Below are positions 47,160 through 58,115 of a stretch of 64,000 nucleotides of DNA, piece by piece. The stretch comes from Blastocatellia bacterium (GTDB taxonomy: Bacteria > Acidobacteriota > Blastocatellia > RBC074), in assembly GCA_035275345.1 (NCBI GenBank), contig DATEMY010000364.1, positions 642 through 64,641 on the forward strand, read 5' to 3'. The position numbers were made by a program, and so were the translations under genes. Under the pieces are notes generated by a model, which had not been told where the DNA came from, made no database searches, and saw only the letters and a list, made by a program, of their open reading frames with translations. How positions within the stretch are numbered: position 1 is the first letter of the stretch; every line of letters begins with the position of its first letter.

Positions 47160-47733
47160 CAGATTTAACTCCCAGGCATTCACGCAGCCTGTTGATCGCG
47201 CGAAACAACGCTTTTTTGACCGTTCCCGTCGAGACCGCGCAGGCTTTCGCGATCTCTTCGTAAGTCATCCCCTCGCGATGTTTGAGCAAAAAGATCAGTC
47301 GCTGCTGCGCCGTCAATTCGCCCAAACCCTCCATGACCTTCTCGACCATCATCTGTTGTTGCAATCTTTCTTCGGGCGCGTGCCGCGGCTCGGAGGGCGT
47401 CATCCCCAGCTCATCCAACGATACCATCTCGCCTAATCTGAACGCCTTCTTTCCCCTGCTGTACATTGTCTTCGTCTCCCGTTGATGATTAAGAAAAGTA
47501 TTGATCGTAATCCGGCGCAGCCAGGTGTAGAAACTGGACTCGATGCGGAAGCCACCGATGGCCCGGTATGCCTTCAGCCAAACCTCCTGCGAAAGGTCTT
47601 CAGCCTCGTGCGGGTCGCGTGTGTAATGCAGCGCCAACGCGAAAACGCGCCGATGGTAAGAGCGAGCCAGTATACAGAAAGCTTCATGATCTCCTTCCTG
47701 CGCGCGCTCGATCAGCTTGTGTTCCTCAATCAC
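47116..47733 (-). CDS. ECF-family RNA polymerase sigma factor
   Basis: GTG start. Region 2 DLSQEVWLKAYRAIGGFR and region 4 MTYEEIAKACAVSTGTVKKALFRAINRLRE. Confidence 0.85.
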   Translation of the reverse strand: MIEEHKLIERAQEGDHEAFCILARSYHRRVFALALHYTRDPHEAEDLSQEVWLKAYRAIGGFRIESSFYTWLRRITINTFLNHQRETKTMYSRGKKAFRLGEMVSLDELGMTPSEPRHAPEERLQQQMMVEKVMEGLGELTAQQRLIFLLKHREGMTYEEIAKACAVSTGTVKKALFRAINRLRECLGVKSDDYARLYEDKRAAG

Positions 47734-48072
47734 CGGTTGTCATCCTTAATTTCGGACTTCTGAAGTCGTACACATAGACACGGAGAAGATAATTTGGTTG
47801 GCGTGAAAGCGAAAAAATTTTGAGCGGGTTGCGAGTAAACCTCAAAGCAGAAACCGCTTTAAGGTCTCGGCGCATTCTTGGTCAGCGAATGAGCGTGAGT
47901 CAAGGCTGAGGCTGGGGACGAAGAGCGAGGCGCCGGGGACAACCCCAAAAGAGCTCTCATGGTAGGGCGTATTATTGATTAGCGGCGATGTGGAAATGAA
48001 CGCCTCGGATGTGTTACAACTCCTTTGCTGTATCTTCACTGACTTTCCAAACACACGACAAGGAGCATCATT

Positions 48073-50256
48073 ATGAATAGCGCCTCTCGCCGCGTCAGTT
48101 TGTGGCTCGCGCCGGCCTTAATCGGGGCATTGATTATCACTGCCGCCTCGTCAGGGGCGCAGAAGCGGACGATCACCGAAATGGACCTGTTTAAATTCGT
48201 CTGGATCGCCGATCCGCAGATTTCGCCCGACGGGTCTCGGGTCGCATTCGTTCGCGTCTGGGTCAATCAGAAAGCCGACCGCTACGATTCGGCCTTGTGG
48301 ATCGCGCCGACCAGCGGCGGCGCGGCGCGGCAATTGAGCGCCGGTCCGCGCGACATCGCGCCACGGTGGTCGCCCGACGGCAAGCGCCTGGCCTTCGTCC
48401 GAGCGGTTGAAAAAGACGGCCGTCCGCAACCTCCGCAAATCTACCTGCTCAGCTTCGACGGCGGCGAAGCGCAAGCGTTGACCGATTTGCCGCGCGGCGC
48501 CGGCGCGCCCGAATGGTCGCCTGACGGAAAGACCATCGCTTTCGCGATTTCGGAAGATACGAGCAAGCCCGCTGCGACCGGGGATAAGGTCATGACCGAA
48601 GGCGGCGAGATCAAAGACAAACAGCCTGAACGAACGAGCGATGTTCGCGTGATCACTCGCGCGACCTACCGGTTCAACGGCCAAGGCTATCTCAATCCTA
48701 AAGTTCATTCGCACATCTGGACGGTCGCGGCGCACACTGCTCCGGGCGCTCCGGGAGAAGCGCCGAAGCCGAAGCAGATTACGAGAGGGAATTTCGACGA
48801 AAGCAATTTCAATTGGGCGCCCGACGGCAAGCGCATCTATTTCACGGCCAACCGCTCGCTGGAGCCTTATTACGAACCGCCGCGCGCCGATCTTTATTCG
48901 ATTGCTCCGGACGGAAGCGACGAGAAGAAAATCGTCAGCTTCGACGGCCAACTGCGCGGCTATTCGTTCAGCGCCGACGGCAAACGCATTGCGTTCAGCG
49001 GTTCGATGACGCGCAAGCCGATCCAGTCATATTCGCAGCCAGACCTGTTTGTAGCTGAAACCGTGGCGGGCGCGACAACCAGGAACCTGACCGCCGATTA
49101 TGACTTCGACATTGGCGGCGGCATCGGCGGCGATCAGCGCGCGCCCAGAGGCGGCTCGCCCGGCGACGTGATTTGGAGTAAAGACGGTCGGAGCCTCTAC
49201 GTCAACGTCGCCGAACATGGGCGGTCAAATCTGAAGCGTATTGACGCCGCGACGGGCAAGGTCGAGCCGGTCACGACCGGCGATCACGAGGTGCAGTCGT
49301 ACACGGCGACGCCAGACGGGTCGAAGATGGTTCTGTTGATTTCCTCACCGGTCAACATCGGCGATCTCTTCCTGCTCGATACGGCGTCCGGCAAGTTGAC
49401 TCAATTGACGAAAATAAACGAGGAACTCTTCTCACAATTCAATATTACGCCTCCCGAAGAGGTCTGGTACGCCAGCTTCGACGGCAAGAAGATTCAAGGC
49501 TGGATTCAGAAGCCGCCCAACTTCGATCCGGCGAAAAAATACCCATTCATCCTTGAGATCCACGGCGGACCGCATTCGGCGTATGGTTTCAACTTCACGC
49601 ACGAATTCCAGTGGATGGCGGCCAAAGGTTACGTCGTGCTCTACACCAACCCCCGCGGCTCGACGAGCTACGGCCAGGATTTCGGGAACATCATCCAGTA
49701 CAACTATCCCGGCGACGATCACAAGGACCTGATGATCGGAGTGGATGAGGTTTTGAAGCGCGGCTACATTGACGAGAATCGCCTGGGTGTGACTGGCGGC
49801 AGCGGCGGTGGCGTATTGACGAATTGGGCTGTCGGGCATACGAATCGTTTCAAGGCCGCGGTGTCACAACGCTCGATAGCCGATTGGGCGGGATTCTGGC
49901 ATACGGCCGACTTCACGCTCTTCCAACCGACGTGGTTCCGCGGCGCTCCCTGGGAAGACCCGCAGGATTTCATCAACCGCTCGCCGATCACCTACATCAA
50001 GAACGTCACGACGCCGATGATGTTCATCGAGGGCGAAGTTGACTGGCGCACACCCGCGAACGAGGGCGGCGAGACGATGTTCCGCGCGTTGAAGTACCGT
50101 CGTGTTCCAACCGTCATGGTGAGGTTCCCCAACGAATCGCACGAGCTGTCGCGTTCTGGCGCGCCGTGGCATCGCATCGAACGTTTGCAGCATATCCTGA
50201 ACTGGTTCGACAAGTATCTTCAGGACAAGCCGATCAAGCTTTACGACGTAGAGTGA
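48073..50256 (+). CDS. Exported S9-family serine peptidase (beta-propeller + alpha/beta hydrolase domain)
   Basis: AAGGAG upstream. Signal-like N-terminus. Nucleophile motif GVTGGSGGG. Later EGEVDWRTP and NESHEL. Confidence 0.85.
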   Translation: MNSASRRVSLWLAPALIGALIITAASSGAQKRTITEMDLFKFVWIADPQISPDGSRVAFVRVWVNQKADRYDSALWIAPTSGGAARQLSAGPRDIAPRWSPDGKRLAFVRAVEKDGRPQPPQIYLLSFDGGEAQALTDLPRGAGAPEWSPDGKTIAFAISEDTSKPAATGDKVMTEGGEIKDKQPERTSDVRVITRATYRFNGQGYLNPKVHSHIWTVAAHTAPGAPGEAPKPKQITRGNFDESNFNWAPDGKRIYFTANRSLEPYYEPPRADLYSIAPDGSDEKKIVSFDGQLRGYSFSADGKRIAFSGSMTRKPIQSYSQPDLFVAETVAGATTRNLTADYDFDIGGGIGGDQRAPRGGSPGDVIWSKDGRSLYVNVAEHGRSNLKRIDAATGKVEPVTTGDHEVQSYTATPDGSKMVLLISSPVNIGDLFLLDTASGKLTQLTKINEELFSQFNITPPEEVWYASFDGKKIQGWIQKPPNFDPAKKYPFILEIHGGPHSAYGFNFTHEFQWMAAKGYVVLYTNPRGSTSYGQDFGNIIQYNYPGDDHKDLMIGVDEVLKRGYIDENRLGVTGGSGGGVLTNWAVGHTNRFKAAVSQRSIADWAGFWHTADFTLFQPTWFRGAPWEDPQDFINRSPITYIKNVTTPMMFIEGEVDWRTPANEGGETMFRALKYRRVPTVMVRFPNESHELSRSGAPWHRIERLQHILNWFDKYLQDKPIKLYDVE

Positions 50257-50323
50257 CAAAGATCGCCTAACCAAAACTTCTCACGAGATGTGAGTCGTTC
50301 ATGTCGTGGTGAGCGACCTAAAA

Positions 50324-50396
50324 AGTGGGCAGGGCGCAGTGGGTAGTGTGCAGTCTTGATCCCTTCACTATCCACTGCCCACTGCCTACTACCCGC
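50324..50396. repeat. Repeat family A, copy 2 (inverted relative to copy 1)
   Basis: Its reverse complement shares GGATAGTGAxGxGxTCAAGACT (19/22) plus flanking CAGTGGG / CCCACT heptamers with 42850-42909. Ends 6 nt before the AGGAGG of the next gene. Confidence 0.75.
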
Positions 50397-50415
50397 TAAT
50401 TCAGGAGGATCAATA

Positions 50416-52125
50416 ATGAATAATCAGAAACGGCGGACGAAGCCCAGATCGAAACTGAGGTTGTTAAAACTGTTGTTCTGCGCCGTGGTCCTGGGCATCT
50501 ATAGCTTTTCAACGAAGAGTGCGACCGCGAACTCATTCGGTCCGCCGCCTGCCCAGACCGGCGCGCCAGGCGAGACGACTTGCGTCTCCTGCCATTTCTC
50601 GTTCCCGCTCAACAGCGGCGGCGGAGCGTTCGCCATCACTGGCCTACCCGCAACCTATACGTCCGGGCAGGAGTTGGACATCACAATCACTCTGACACAA
50701 TCCAACCGCGCGCTCTATGGCTTCCAAGTGACGGCCTTAACTGATTCCGGGGCGACGGCGGGGACGCTCATCGTCACAAATTCGGCGCGGACGCAAATTA
50801 TCCCCGGCGGCTCGCGAACATACCTTGAACACACCTCAGGCGGAACCGCTCCCACTTCGGCCAATCAGGGGAACTGGACTTTCAGATGGAGAGCGCCCGC
50901 GACCAGCGCGGGGCGCGTGACTTTTTATGCGGCGGGCAACGCCGCGAACGGGAACTTCAACCTGGACGGCGATTTCATCTATACCACCACGGCGGTCACG
51001 CAACCGGCGGCGCAGCCGGCTCCGACCATCACAAATCTCAATCCGAATATGGCTACGGCTGGCGGCCCGGCGTTCACTTTGATAGTCACAGGGACAAATT
51101 TCGGCGCTGGCTCGACCGTCCGCTGGAACAACGCCGATCGGACAACGATAGTGAACAGCGCGACACAACTGTCCGCGTCAATCCCGGCTACCGACATCGC
51201 CCTCGCCGGGACAGCCAGCGTTACCGTCGTCAATCCCGGAAACATTTCGTCGAACGCCTTGGTTTTCACCATTGCCGCCCCCGGACTGGAAGCTGACGTT
51301 GCCCCGCGAGGCAATACCAACGGCGTGGTGAGCATAAGTGATTGGGTGCAGGTTGGGCGATTTGCGGCTGGACTCGATGTGGCCAATCAAGGCGCTGAGT
51401 TTCAACGCGCTGACTGCGCGCCGACTTCGACCCTGGGCAATGGCATAATCAGCATCGCCGATTGGGTGCAGGCGGGGCGCTATGCCACGGGATTGGATCC
51501 GGTTGCGTCCGCAGGCGGTCCGACGGTTCCAAACCCACTCTCGATTGTCGCATCTGACGCGGAGTCCCGCGCCTCATCGCTCGATGGCTTCCCCCAAGCC
51601 GCTGTTTCGCGGACGAGAGTTGTGCGGGCGACGCCAGTTGTCAATCGATCTGACCGTATCGTGTCTTTTGGCATTCAGCTCGAGGCTCCGGGCGATGCGC
51701 ACGCGATCGGCTTCAGCCTCAATTTCGATCCTGACCGATTACGTTTTGCCGGCGCGACGTCGAGCCGCGAAATGAGCCGGGCTACATTTGTCGTCAACGC
51801 GGAGCGATCCGAGAACGGCAGGATCGGCGTATTGATGATGCTGGCGCCCGGACAAAGATTGCCGTCCGGCGTCAGGTCGTTGATGGCGATTCATTTCATC
51901 CCTGTCGCGGATGGTTCGCTTTCAGACCCGCAATTTGGCTTTGGAGATGACCCGGTTGTGCGCGAAATCGCCGATACTGAGGCCAATCTTCTCCAGGTTT
52001 CTTTTGAGGAGCCAGCAACCAACCCCGATTTGATCCACCCCGGTTTGATCCATAGGATCGGCGAGCGCGGAAATAAGATCAGACATGAGAATGGAAGACC
52101 GGGAAATAGGAAACTGGAAAGATGA
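50416..52125 (+). CDS. Exported multidomain protein: Cys-pair N-terminal domain, IPT/TIG-like domain, two dockerin-like segments, cohesin-like domain
   Basis: AGGAGG upstream of the ATG at 50416. [40 protein letters not shown]. Duplicated [20 protein letters not shown] / [34 protein letters not shown]. Confidence 0.7.
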   Translation: MNNQKRRTKPRSKLRLLKLLFCAVVLGIYSFSTKSATANSFGPPPAQTGAPGETTCVSCHFSFPLNSGGGAFAITGLPATYTSGQELDITITLTQSNRALYGFQVTALTDSGATAGTLIVTNSARTQIIPGGSRTYLEHTSGGTAPTSANQGNWTFRWRAPATSAGRVTFYAAGNAANGNFNLDGDFIYTTTAVTQPAAQPAPTITNLNPNMATAGGPAFTLIVTGTNFGAGSTVRWNNADRTTIVNSATQLSASIPATDIALAGTASVTVVNPGNISSNALVFTIAAPGLEADVAPRGNTNGVVSISDWVQVGRFAAGLDVANQGAEFQRADCAPTSTLGNGIISIADWVQAGRYATGLDPVASAGGPTVPNPLSIVASDAESRASSLDGFPQAAVSRTRVVRATPVVNRSDRIVSFGIQLEAPGDAHAIGFSLNFDPDRLRFAGATSSREMSRATFVVNAERSENGRIGVLMMLAPGQRLPSGVRSLMAIHFIPVADGSLSDPQFGFGDDPVVREIADTEANLLQVSFEEPATNPDLIHPGLIHRIGERGNKIRHENGRPGNRKLER

Positions 52126-52129
52126 AATG

Positions 52130-52211
52130 AAAATCAACCACGAAGAAACGAAGAGCGCGAAGGTTTTTTCTGATCTTTCTTCGTCTTCTTCGTTTCTTCC
52201 TGGTTGATTTT
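52130..52211. repeat. Long hairpin (25-bp stem, 1 mismatch) filling the spacer between two co-directional genes
   Basis: AAAATCAACCACGAAGAAACGAAGA (52130-52154) versus TCTTCGTTTCTTCCTGGTTGATTTT (52187-52211). Confidence 0.75.
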
Positions 52212-52225
52212 CTAAGGAGATCTGA

Positions 52226-52633
52226 ATGCGCAAATTCAAAATCGTGATGAAATACCTGCTCGCAATCGCGTTCATTGCCGCAGGGCTCAATCATTTCGCG
52301 AATCCCGAACTTTACCTTCGAATAATGCCGCCTTATCTGCCATGGCCTTCAGCGCTACATTTGATCGCGGGCATATTTGAATTTGTATTTGGCGTGATGT
52401 TGCTGATCCCGCGGCTTCAATGGTGGGCCGCATGGGGATTGATCGCGCTGCTCCTGGCCATTTATCCGGCAAACATTCACATGGCTGTTAACAATCATCT
52501 CTACCCCGAGTTTCCAATGATCTATCACTGGATCAGATTGCCGTTACAATTCGTCCTGATCGCATTGGCGTGGTGGTATTCGAAAACTGATGAAGAGAAG
52601 GAATTGAAGTATGAACCTGGAAAAAATTCGTGA
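52226..52633 (+). CDS. DoxX-like membrane protein
   Basis: AAGGAG upstream. Four hydrophobic segments. N-terminus LLAIAFIAAGLNHF. Confidence 0.6.
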   Translation: MRKFKIVMKYLLAIAFIAAGLNHFANPELYLRIMPPYLPWPSALHLIAGIFEFVFGVMLLIPRLQWWAAWGLIALLLAIYPANIHMAVNNHLYPEFPMIYHWIRLPLQFVLIALAWWYSKTDEEKELKYEPGKNS

Positions 52634-52988
52634 ATATTGCCTCTCGCTACCACACGCAACCGAAGAGGTCCTCTGGGAAAAAGACCTCGTCTTCAAAATC
52701 GGCGGTAAGATGTTCGCGGTCATCGGCCTCGACGCCGGCCCGGTGAGCAAATTCTCGTTCAAATGTACGCCGGAAGAGTTCGCCGAATTGACCGAACGCA
52801 ATGGCATCATCCCCGCGCCTTACGCCGCTCGCTACCACTGGGTTGCTGTCGAGAAGCCAGGCTCTTTGAGTCAGGCCGAGGTTAAGCGGTTAATCAAGGA
52901 TTCTTACGAGATGGTTAAAGCCAAGTTGACTAAGAAAGCGCAGTCGTTGCTTGGCCAAAACGAATCGAAGGCGAAACGTAAATCTTGA
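52611..52988 (+). CDS. MmcQ/YjbR-family protein
   Basis: MNLEKIREYCLSLPHATEEVLWEKDLVFKIGGKMFA is typical of the family. Overlaps the upstream gene by 23 nt. Confidence 0.75.
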   Translation: MNLEKIREYCLSLPHATEEVLWEKDLVFKIGGKMFAVIGLDAGPVSKFSFKCTPEEFAELTERNGIIPAPYAARYHWVAVEKPGSLSQAEVKRLIKDSYEMVKAKLTKKAQSLLGQNESKAKRKS

Positions 52989-53039
52989 GTTGCCTCACTT
53001 TTTGACTTACCCATTCTGTCTGATACTTAGATTCCAATG

Positions 53040-53531
53040 CTACCTTTTACCTTTGCTGTGTCGAATCCGATCATTTGGTCGAGAATCAACCTCTACCTCA
53101 CCCTGAGCGTGCGGCGCCGCAATGGGGGGAGGTTCAGAAACTGGCTTTATCAATAAAACTCCCGTTAAAACAGCAGGTCGCCGATGAAAGATATAAAGCC
53201 CCAGGCCCGAAACAAAGCTCAACACCATTCCCAGAACGACTTGCGCTACCCAAGCCAACCGGCGTTTGATCGCGTTCAATCCGACAGGACAGTTTTGCGT
53301 AAGGATCGAGCCATCCGATTTGCGATAAAACCTGACGCAGAGGCGGCCTTCGGTTTTTGTGACCAGGTCTTCAGCCTCATGCCTGCTCATATCCGATAAA
53401 TTGTAGACGTTGAGATTACACTGAGAGCAAAAACGGACTCGTTTGTCTTCAAATGAAAACATTTGATCCCAGTCTGCAGGGCAGGGGGATGCTATTTTCA
53501 CGTGATCTAGAGGACTTGTTAACTTCGCCAT
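53040..53531 (-). CDS. Hypothetical Cys-rich N-terminal domain + TM protein
   Basis: SPCPADWDQM...RFCSQCNLNVYNLS (four Cys), followed by the TM segment VVLGMVLSFVSGLGLYIF. Confidence 0.6.
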   Translation of the reverse strand: MAKLTSPLDHVKIASPCPADWDQMFSFEDKRVRFCSQCNLNVYNLSDMSRHEAEDLVTKTEGRLCVRFYRKSDGSILTQNCPVGLNAIKRRLAWVAQVVLGMVLSFVSGLGLYIFHRRPAVLTGVLLIKPVSEPPPIAAPHAQGEVEVDSRPNDRIRHSKGKR

Positions 53532-53666
53532 AAACGTTCCTATATAAATTAAGTAGTCGCCAGAAGTAGAACGCCAGGCTCAGTCAACGCTTGCACAGGA
53601 TGAGGGTTCCCATAACTTGTGATAAACACTTTCGGCTTTAATCGTCTTTCCGGCCACTAAGACCAA

Positions 53667-53743
53667 CCAGACAGAAAAATGGCGGACAGAAAAATGGCGG
53701 ACGAAAAAGAGATGGCATTTCCGCCCGCCATTATTCTGTCTGG
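53667..53743. repeat. Imperfect inverted repeat containing a tandem 15-mer ACAGAAAAATGGCGG x2
   Basis: CCAGACAGAAAAATGGCGG (53667-53685) versus CCGCCATTATTCTGTCTGG (53725-53743), 18/19. Tandem copies at 53671-53685 and 53686-53700. Confidence 0.7.
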
Positions 53744-53766
53744 TGGCCGATACACTGGCGCTGAGA

Positions 53767-55356
53767 TCAGCAATCATCCTTCGTCAATTGATTGTCCACC
53801 AACCGCCAGAGACCGCGCTCATTTACATTTCGCAACTCAACCGGTAAAGCCTCCTGCGCAAAGTTCTGATAACAGACCGGGCGCGCGAAACGTTCTATGG
53901 CCGCAGTGCCTACAGACGTCGCGCGGGAGTCGGTCATTGCGGGATATGGCCCACCGTGATGCATCGAGGAGCAGACTTCGACGCCCGTCGGGAAACCGTT
54001 GAAGACCAATCTTCCGGCCCTGGTTTCCAGGATCGAAACCAGCCAGTCGTGGTCGCGCAAATCCTGGGGCGTGCCGTGAATCGTCGCTGTCAGATGGCCT
54101 TCCAGGTTGCGCGCGATGCGTTCCATCTCTTCGCGCGAATCGCAACTGACGACAACCGTTGACGGGCCGAAGACCTCTTCGCTGAGTTCGTGATGGCGCA
54201 GAAACGTCCGCGCGTTCGTAGCGAACATGGCCGGGCGCGCTTCAGTCTTTGCGCCGTCAGGTTCGATATGCGATTGGGTTGTTTGCAATCCATCAATCTC
54301 ACTCAATCTCTTCACCCCCGCTTCGTAACCTTGCAAAATGCCAGGATAGAGCATCGTTCCGGGTTGAGCGCTCCCAATCAAACCACCGAGTTTATCGGCG
54401 AATCGGGCGAAGTTTTCATCGAGCAGCCCGACCGCCAGACCGGGACAGGTACAGAACTGTCCCACGCCGAGGGTGACTGAATTCTTCAAGCCCTCGGCGA
54501 TTGCGTCCGCGCGTTCGCGCAAAGCTCCGGGCAGGATGAAGACCGGATTTATGCTGCCCATCTCGGCGTAAACGGGGATCGGATCGGGGCGGCTTGCGGC
54601 GGCGTCGAACAACGCGCGTCCGCCGCGCAGAGAGCCGGTGAAACCGACCGCTCGTGTCATCGGATGTTTGACCAATCCGATGCCGACCTCGTGCCCAGCG
54701 CCGTACAACAGCGAGAATACGCCCGCGGGCATCCCTGTTTCCTCAACCGCTTTGACGATTGCGCGCGCGACCATCTCCGAGGTTCCGGGATGCGCGTGAT
54801 GCGCTTTCACCACGACAGGGCAACCCGCCGCCAGCGCCGAAGCCGTGTCGCCGCCCGCGACCGAAAACGCCAACGGAAAATTGCTCGCGCCGAAAACCAC
54901 TACGGGGCCGATCGGAATGAGCATTCGTCGAAGATCCGGTTTTGGCAAAGGCTGACGGTCCGGAATCGCGCGATCTATACGCGCCTCAACCCATGAGCCT
55001 TCGCGAATCAAATCGGCGAACATCCTCAACTGGTTGACCGTGCGCCCGCGCTCGCCCGCCAGACGATCTTTCAGCAAACCGCTTTCCACATGGACGCGCT
55101 CGATCAGGTCATCGCCGAGGGCGACTATTTCATCCGCGATCTTTTCAAGAAAGTTTGCGCGTTGTTCTGAAGAGAGCCGGCGGTATTTGTGAAAAGCCGC
55201 TTCAGCCGCTTCGAGCGCCTGATTGACCTGATCCGCCGTGGCCCCTTCAAATCGCGGCTCGATTGATTTAACTGAAGCCGGAGCGAACGCTTGAAACGTC
55301 TTTCCTCCGACTTCGATTGTTTTCCCAGCGATGATGTTTTTACCTTGTAGTTTCAT
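53767..55356 (-). CDS. NAD(P)+-dependent aldehyde dehydrogenase (2,5-dioxovalerate / alpha-ketoglutaric semialdehyde dehydrogenase-like)
   Basis: The ATG at 55356 gives MKLQGKNIIAGK. FGASNFPLAFSVAGGDTASALAAGCPVVVKAHHAHPGTSE. Catalytic-Cys context GVGQFCTCPG. Confidence 0.8.
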   Translation of the reverse strand: MKLQGKNIIAGKTIEVGGKTFQAFAPASVKSIEPRFEGATADQVNQALEAAEAAFHKYRRLSSEQRANFLEKIADEIVALGDDLIERVHVESGLLKDRLAGERGRTVNQLRMFADLIREGSWVEARIDRAIPDRQPLPKPDLRRMLIPIGPVVVFGASNFPLAFSVAGGDTASALAAGCPVVVKAHHAHPGTSEMVARAIVKAVEETGMPAGVFSLLYGAGHEVGIGLVKHPMTRAVGFTGSLRGGRALFDAAASRPDPIPVYAEMGSINPVFILPGALRERADAIAEGLKNSVTLGVGQFCTCPGLAVGLLDENFARFADKLGGLIGSAQPGTMLYPGILQGYEAGVKRLSEIDGLQTTQSHIEPDGAKTEARPAMFATNARTFLRHHELSEEVFGPSTVVVSCDSREEMERIARNLEGHLTATIHGTPQDLRDHDWLVSILETRAGRLVFNGFPTGVEVCSSMHHGGPYPAMTDSRATSVGTAAIERFARPVCYQNFAQEALPVELRNVNERGLWRLVDNQLTKDDC

Positions 55357-55395
55357 ATTTCCAGATGAAGCCTCCAACATTGGCTGCAAAGATAG

Positions 55396-55475
55396 AAGCA
55401 AAAAGGGCAAAAAATGGCAAAAGATAGCAAAAAGGCCTTTTTGCTATCTTTTGCCATTTTTTGCCCTTTTTGCTT
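55396..55475. repeat. Perfect 80-bp palindrome (40-bp arms, no spacer) with about 10-bp phased A-tracts
   Basis: AAGCAAAAAGGGCAAAAAATGGCAAAAGATAGCAAAAAGG | CCTTTTTGCTATCTTTTGCCATTTTTTGCCCTTTTTGCTT. I verified the reverse complement base by base. Confidence 0.95.
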
Positions 55476-55523
55476 TCCTTTTCGCATCCTTAAACTTGAG
55501 GTTAACAGAAGAATTTTCGGACT

Positions 55524-56360
<837 letters not shown>

Positions 56361-56411
56361 GATTTACCAGACGGATTGTCCACAAAGTCACACGAAGATG
56401 GTTGTGGAAAG

Positions 56412-58115
56412 TTACACATCTCCTCGTTTGAATTGTTCGACGGCGTATTCGCTCGCCCGCATCGAAAGCGCAAGGATCGTTAATGTCGGGTTGACGCAGC
56501 CGCTCGAGACGAAGCAACTGCCGTCAACCACAAAAAGGTTTTTGATTTCGTGGGACTGGTTCCATTTGTTGAGCACGGATGTCTTCGGATCGTCGCCCAT
56601 TCGCGCCGTGCCGACCTCGTGGATGCTGTGGCCGGGCGGGAACATCTGGAGGTTCTCCGTAATCAGCTCGATTCCGGCGGCGTGGAACATTTCGTGCGCG
56701 CATTCGACGGCGTCTTTGGTTAACTCGCGTTCGTTGTCGCCGTATTCGATGTTGATGTTCAGGCTGGGAATGCCCCAGGCGTCTTTCAGTTTCGGATCAA
56801 TCGTGACGCGGTTTTCGCGCCGCGCCAACACCTCGCCGAACGCGCTCATCCGCACCATCGCCGGGTGCCAGGCGAGAACCTCTTTTTTGAACGGCGAGCC
56901 GAAACCGGGCAGTAGTCTTGCGTGTCCTGGAAATATCCCGGCCCCGCTGCCGCATTGATAACCGAAGCGACGGATGTATTTTTTCTGCTTCGAGGCGTTA
57001 TCCAGATTGCGGAAGCTCGGAATGTAAGTTCCTTGCGGCCGCCCGTCTTCATTGACGATCTCGCGCCCTTTGAGTTGCGGCGCCAAGCCGGTGAATCCCA
57101 CGCCCCAGGTGTGGTCGTGCAGGTAATGGCCCAGCGCGCCGCTCGAATTGGCCAGTCCGTTCGGATAAAAACGCGACTTCGAGTTGAGCATGATCCGCGT
57201 CGATTCAAGCGTCGAAGCTCCGAGCACGACGATCTTTCCGTAGGCTTCATACTCGCGCTTCGTCTTTCGATCCACGAAGGCCACGCCGCGCGCCTTGCCC
57301 GTGTTGCGGTCAACAATAACCTCGCGGACGACCGAATCGGCCCGGACTGTCAGTCGCTTCGTTTCTTTCGCTGGCGCGAGCAGGGCAGTGGGCGAATTGA
57401 ACATCGCGCCTACGTCGCAACCGCGTCCGCACGCGCCGCAATAATGGCATTTCGCGCGATGGCGGTTATTAACGCCTTCGCTCGTCACCCCAGCGCGCGT
57501 CGGGATCAAACGCCGGCCGGTCTTTTCGACGCCGCGCTTCAGGATAGTCTCGCCGCACAACATCGGCTGGGGCTTTTGAAATATGCCGTCGGGCAACTGC
57601 GGCAGCCCCTCTTTCGTGCCCATTATGCCGATCAACTGGTCAACGCGGTCATAGTACGGTTTGATGTCGGCGTAAGAGATCGGCCAGTCGTCGCCGTATC
57701 CGTCATGCCTGGCGGCTTTGAAATCGTAATCGCTCAGCCTCAGCGAGACTCGTCCCCAGACCAGCGTGCGTCCGCCGACCGCGCGGGCGCGCACCCAATC
57801 GAAGGGCTTGCCTTCGGGCGTCGAGTACGGATTCTCATCCAGCCGCGCGTAGATGTGCGTGGTGTAGCCGTCGGCGAACCCGTATTTGTAATTGTGCGCG
57901 TCCCGCGGCGAGATGCGACCGCGATATTTCTCTTCGTAAGGCCACGCGTGCGTTTTGAAATCATTATACAGATCGAGCTGCGGCCCGGCTTCGAGCACGA
58001 GAACGTTCATTCCGGCGTTGGCCATTATGTAAGCGGCCATCCCGCCCGCCGCGCCTGAGCCGACGATCACGGCGTCGTAGACTTTGCTCGAAGCCTTGCG
58101 CGAGATGATCTCCAT
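56412..58115 (-). CDS. GMC-family FAD-dependent oxidoreductase
   Basis: GGAGG upstream. YDAVIVGSGAAGGMAAY. C-terminal HEVGTARMG and NLFVVDGSCFVSSGCVNPTLTILAL. Confidence 0.85.
   Translation of the reverse strand: MEIISRKASSKVYDAVIVGSGAAGGMAAYIMANAGMNVLVLEAGPQLDLYNDFKTHAWPYEEKYRGRISPRDAHNYKYGFADGYTTHIYARLDENPYSTPEGKPFDWVRARAVGGRTLVWGRVSLRLSDYDFKAARHDGYGDDWPISYADIKPYYDRVDQLIGIMGTKEGLPQLPDGIFQKPQPMLCGETILKRGVEKTGRRLIPTRAGVTSEGVNNRHRAKCHYCGACGRGCDVGAMFNSPTALLAPAKETKRLTVRADSVVREVIVDRNTGKARGVAFVDRKTKREYEAYGKIVVLGASTLESTRIMLNSKSRFYPNGLANSSGALGHYLHDHTWGVGFTGLAPQLKGREIVNEDGRPQGTYIPSFRNLDNASKQKKYIRRFGYQCGSGAGIFPGHARLLPGFGSPFKKEVLAWHPAMVRMSAFGEVLARRENRVTIDPKLKDAWGIPSLNINIEYGDNERELTKDAVECAHEMFHAAGIELITENLQMFPPGHSIHEVGTARMGDDPKTSVLNKWNQSHEIKNLFVVDGSCFVSSGCVNPTLTILALSMRASEYAVEQFKRGDV

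Noticed and set aside
47734-47850. Autoregulatory ECF promoter (AAC ... CGT) upstream of the sigma gene at 47733
   Set aside because: The best candidate (CCAACC-N14-CGTGTC in minus sense) has a spacer that is too short for the usual ECF geometry. It is not convincing without a group-specific consensus.
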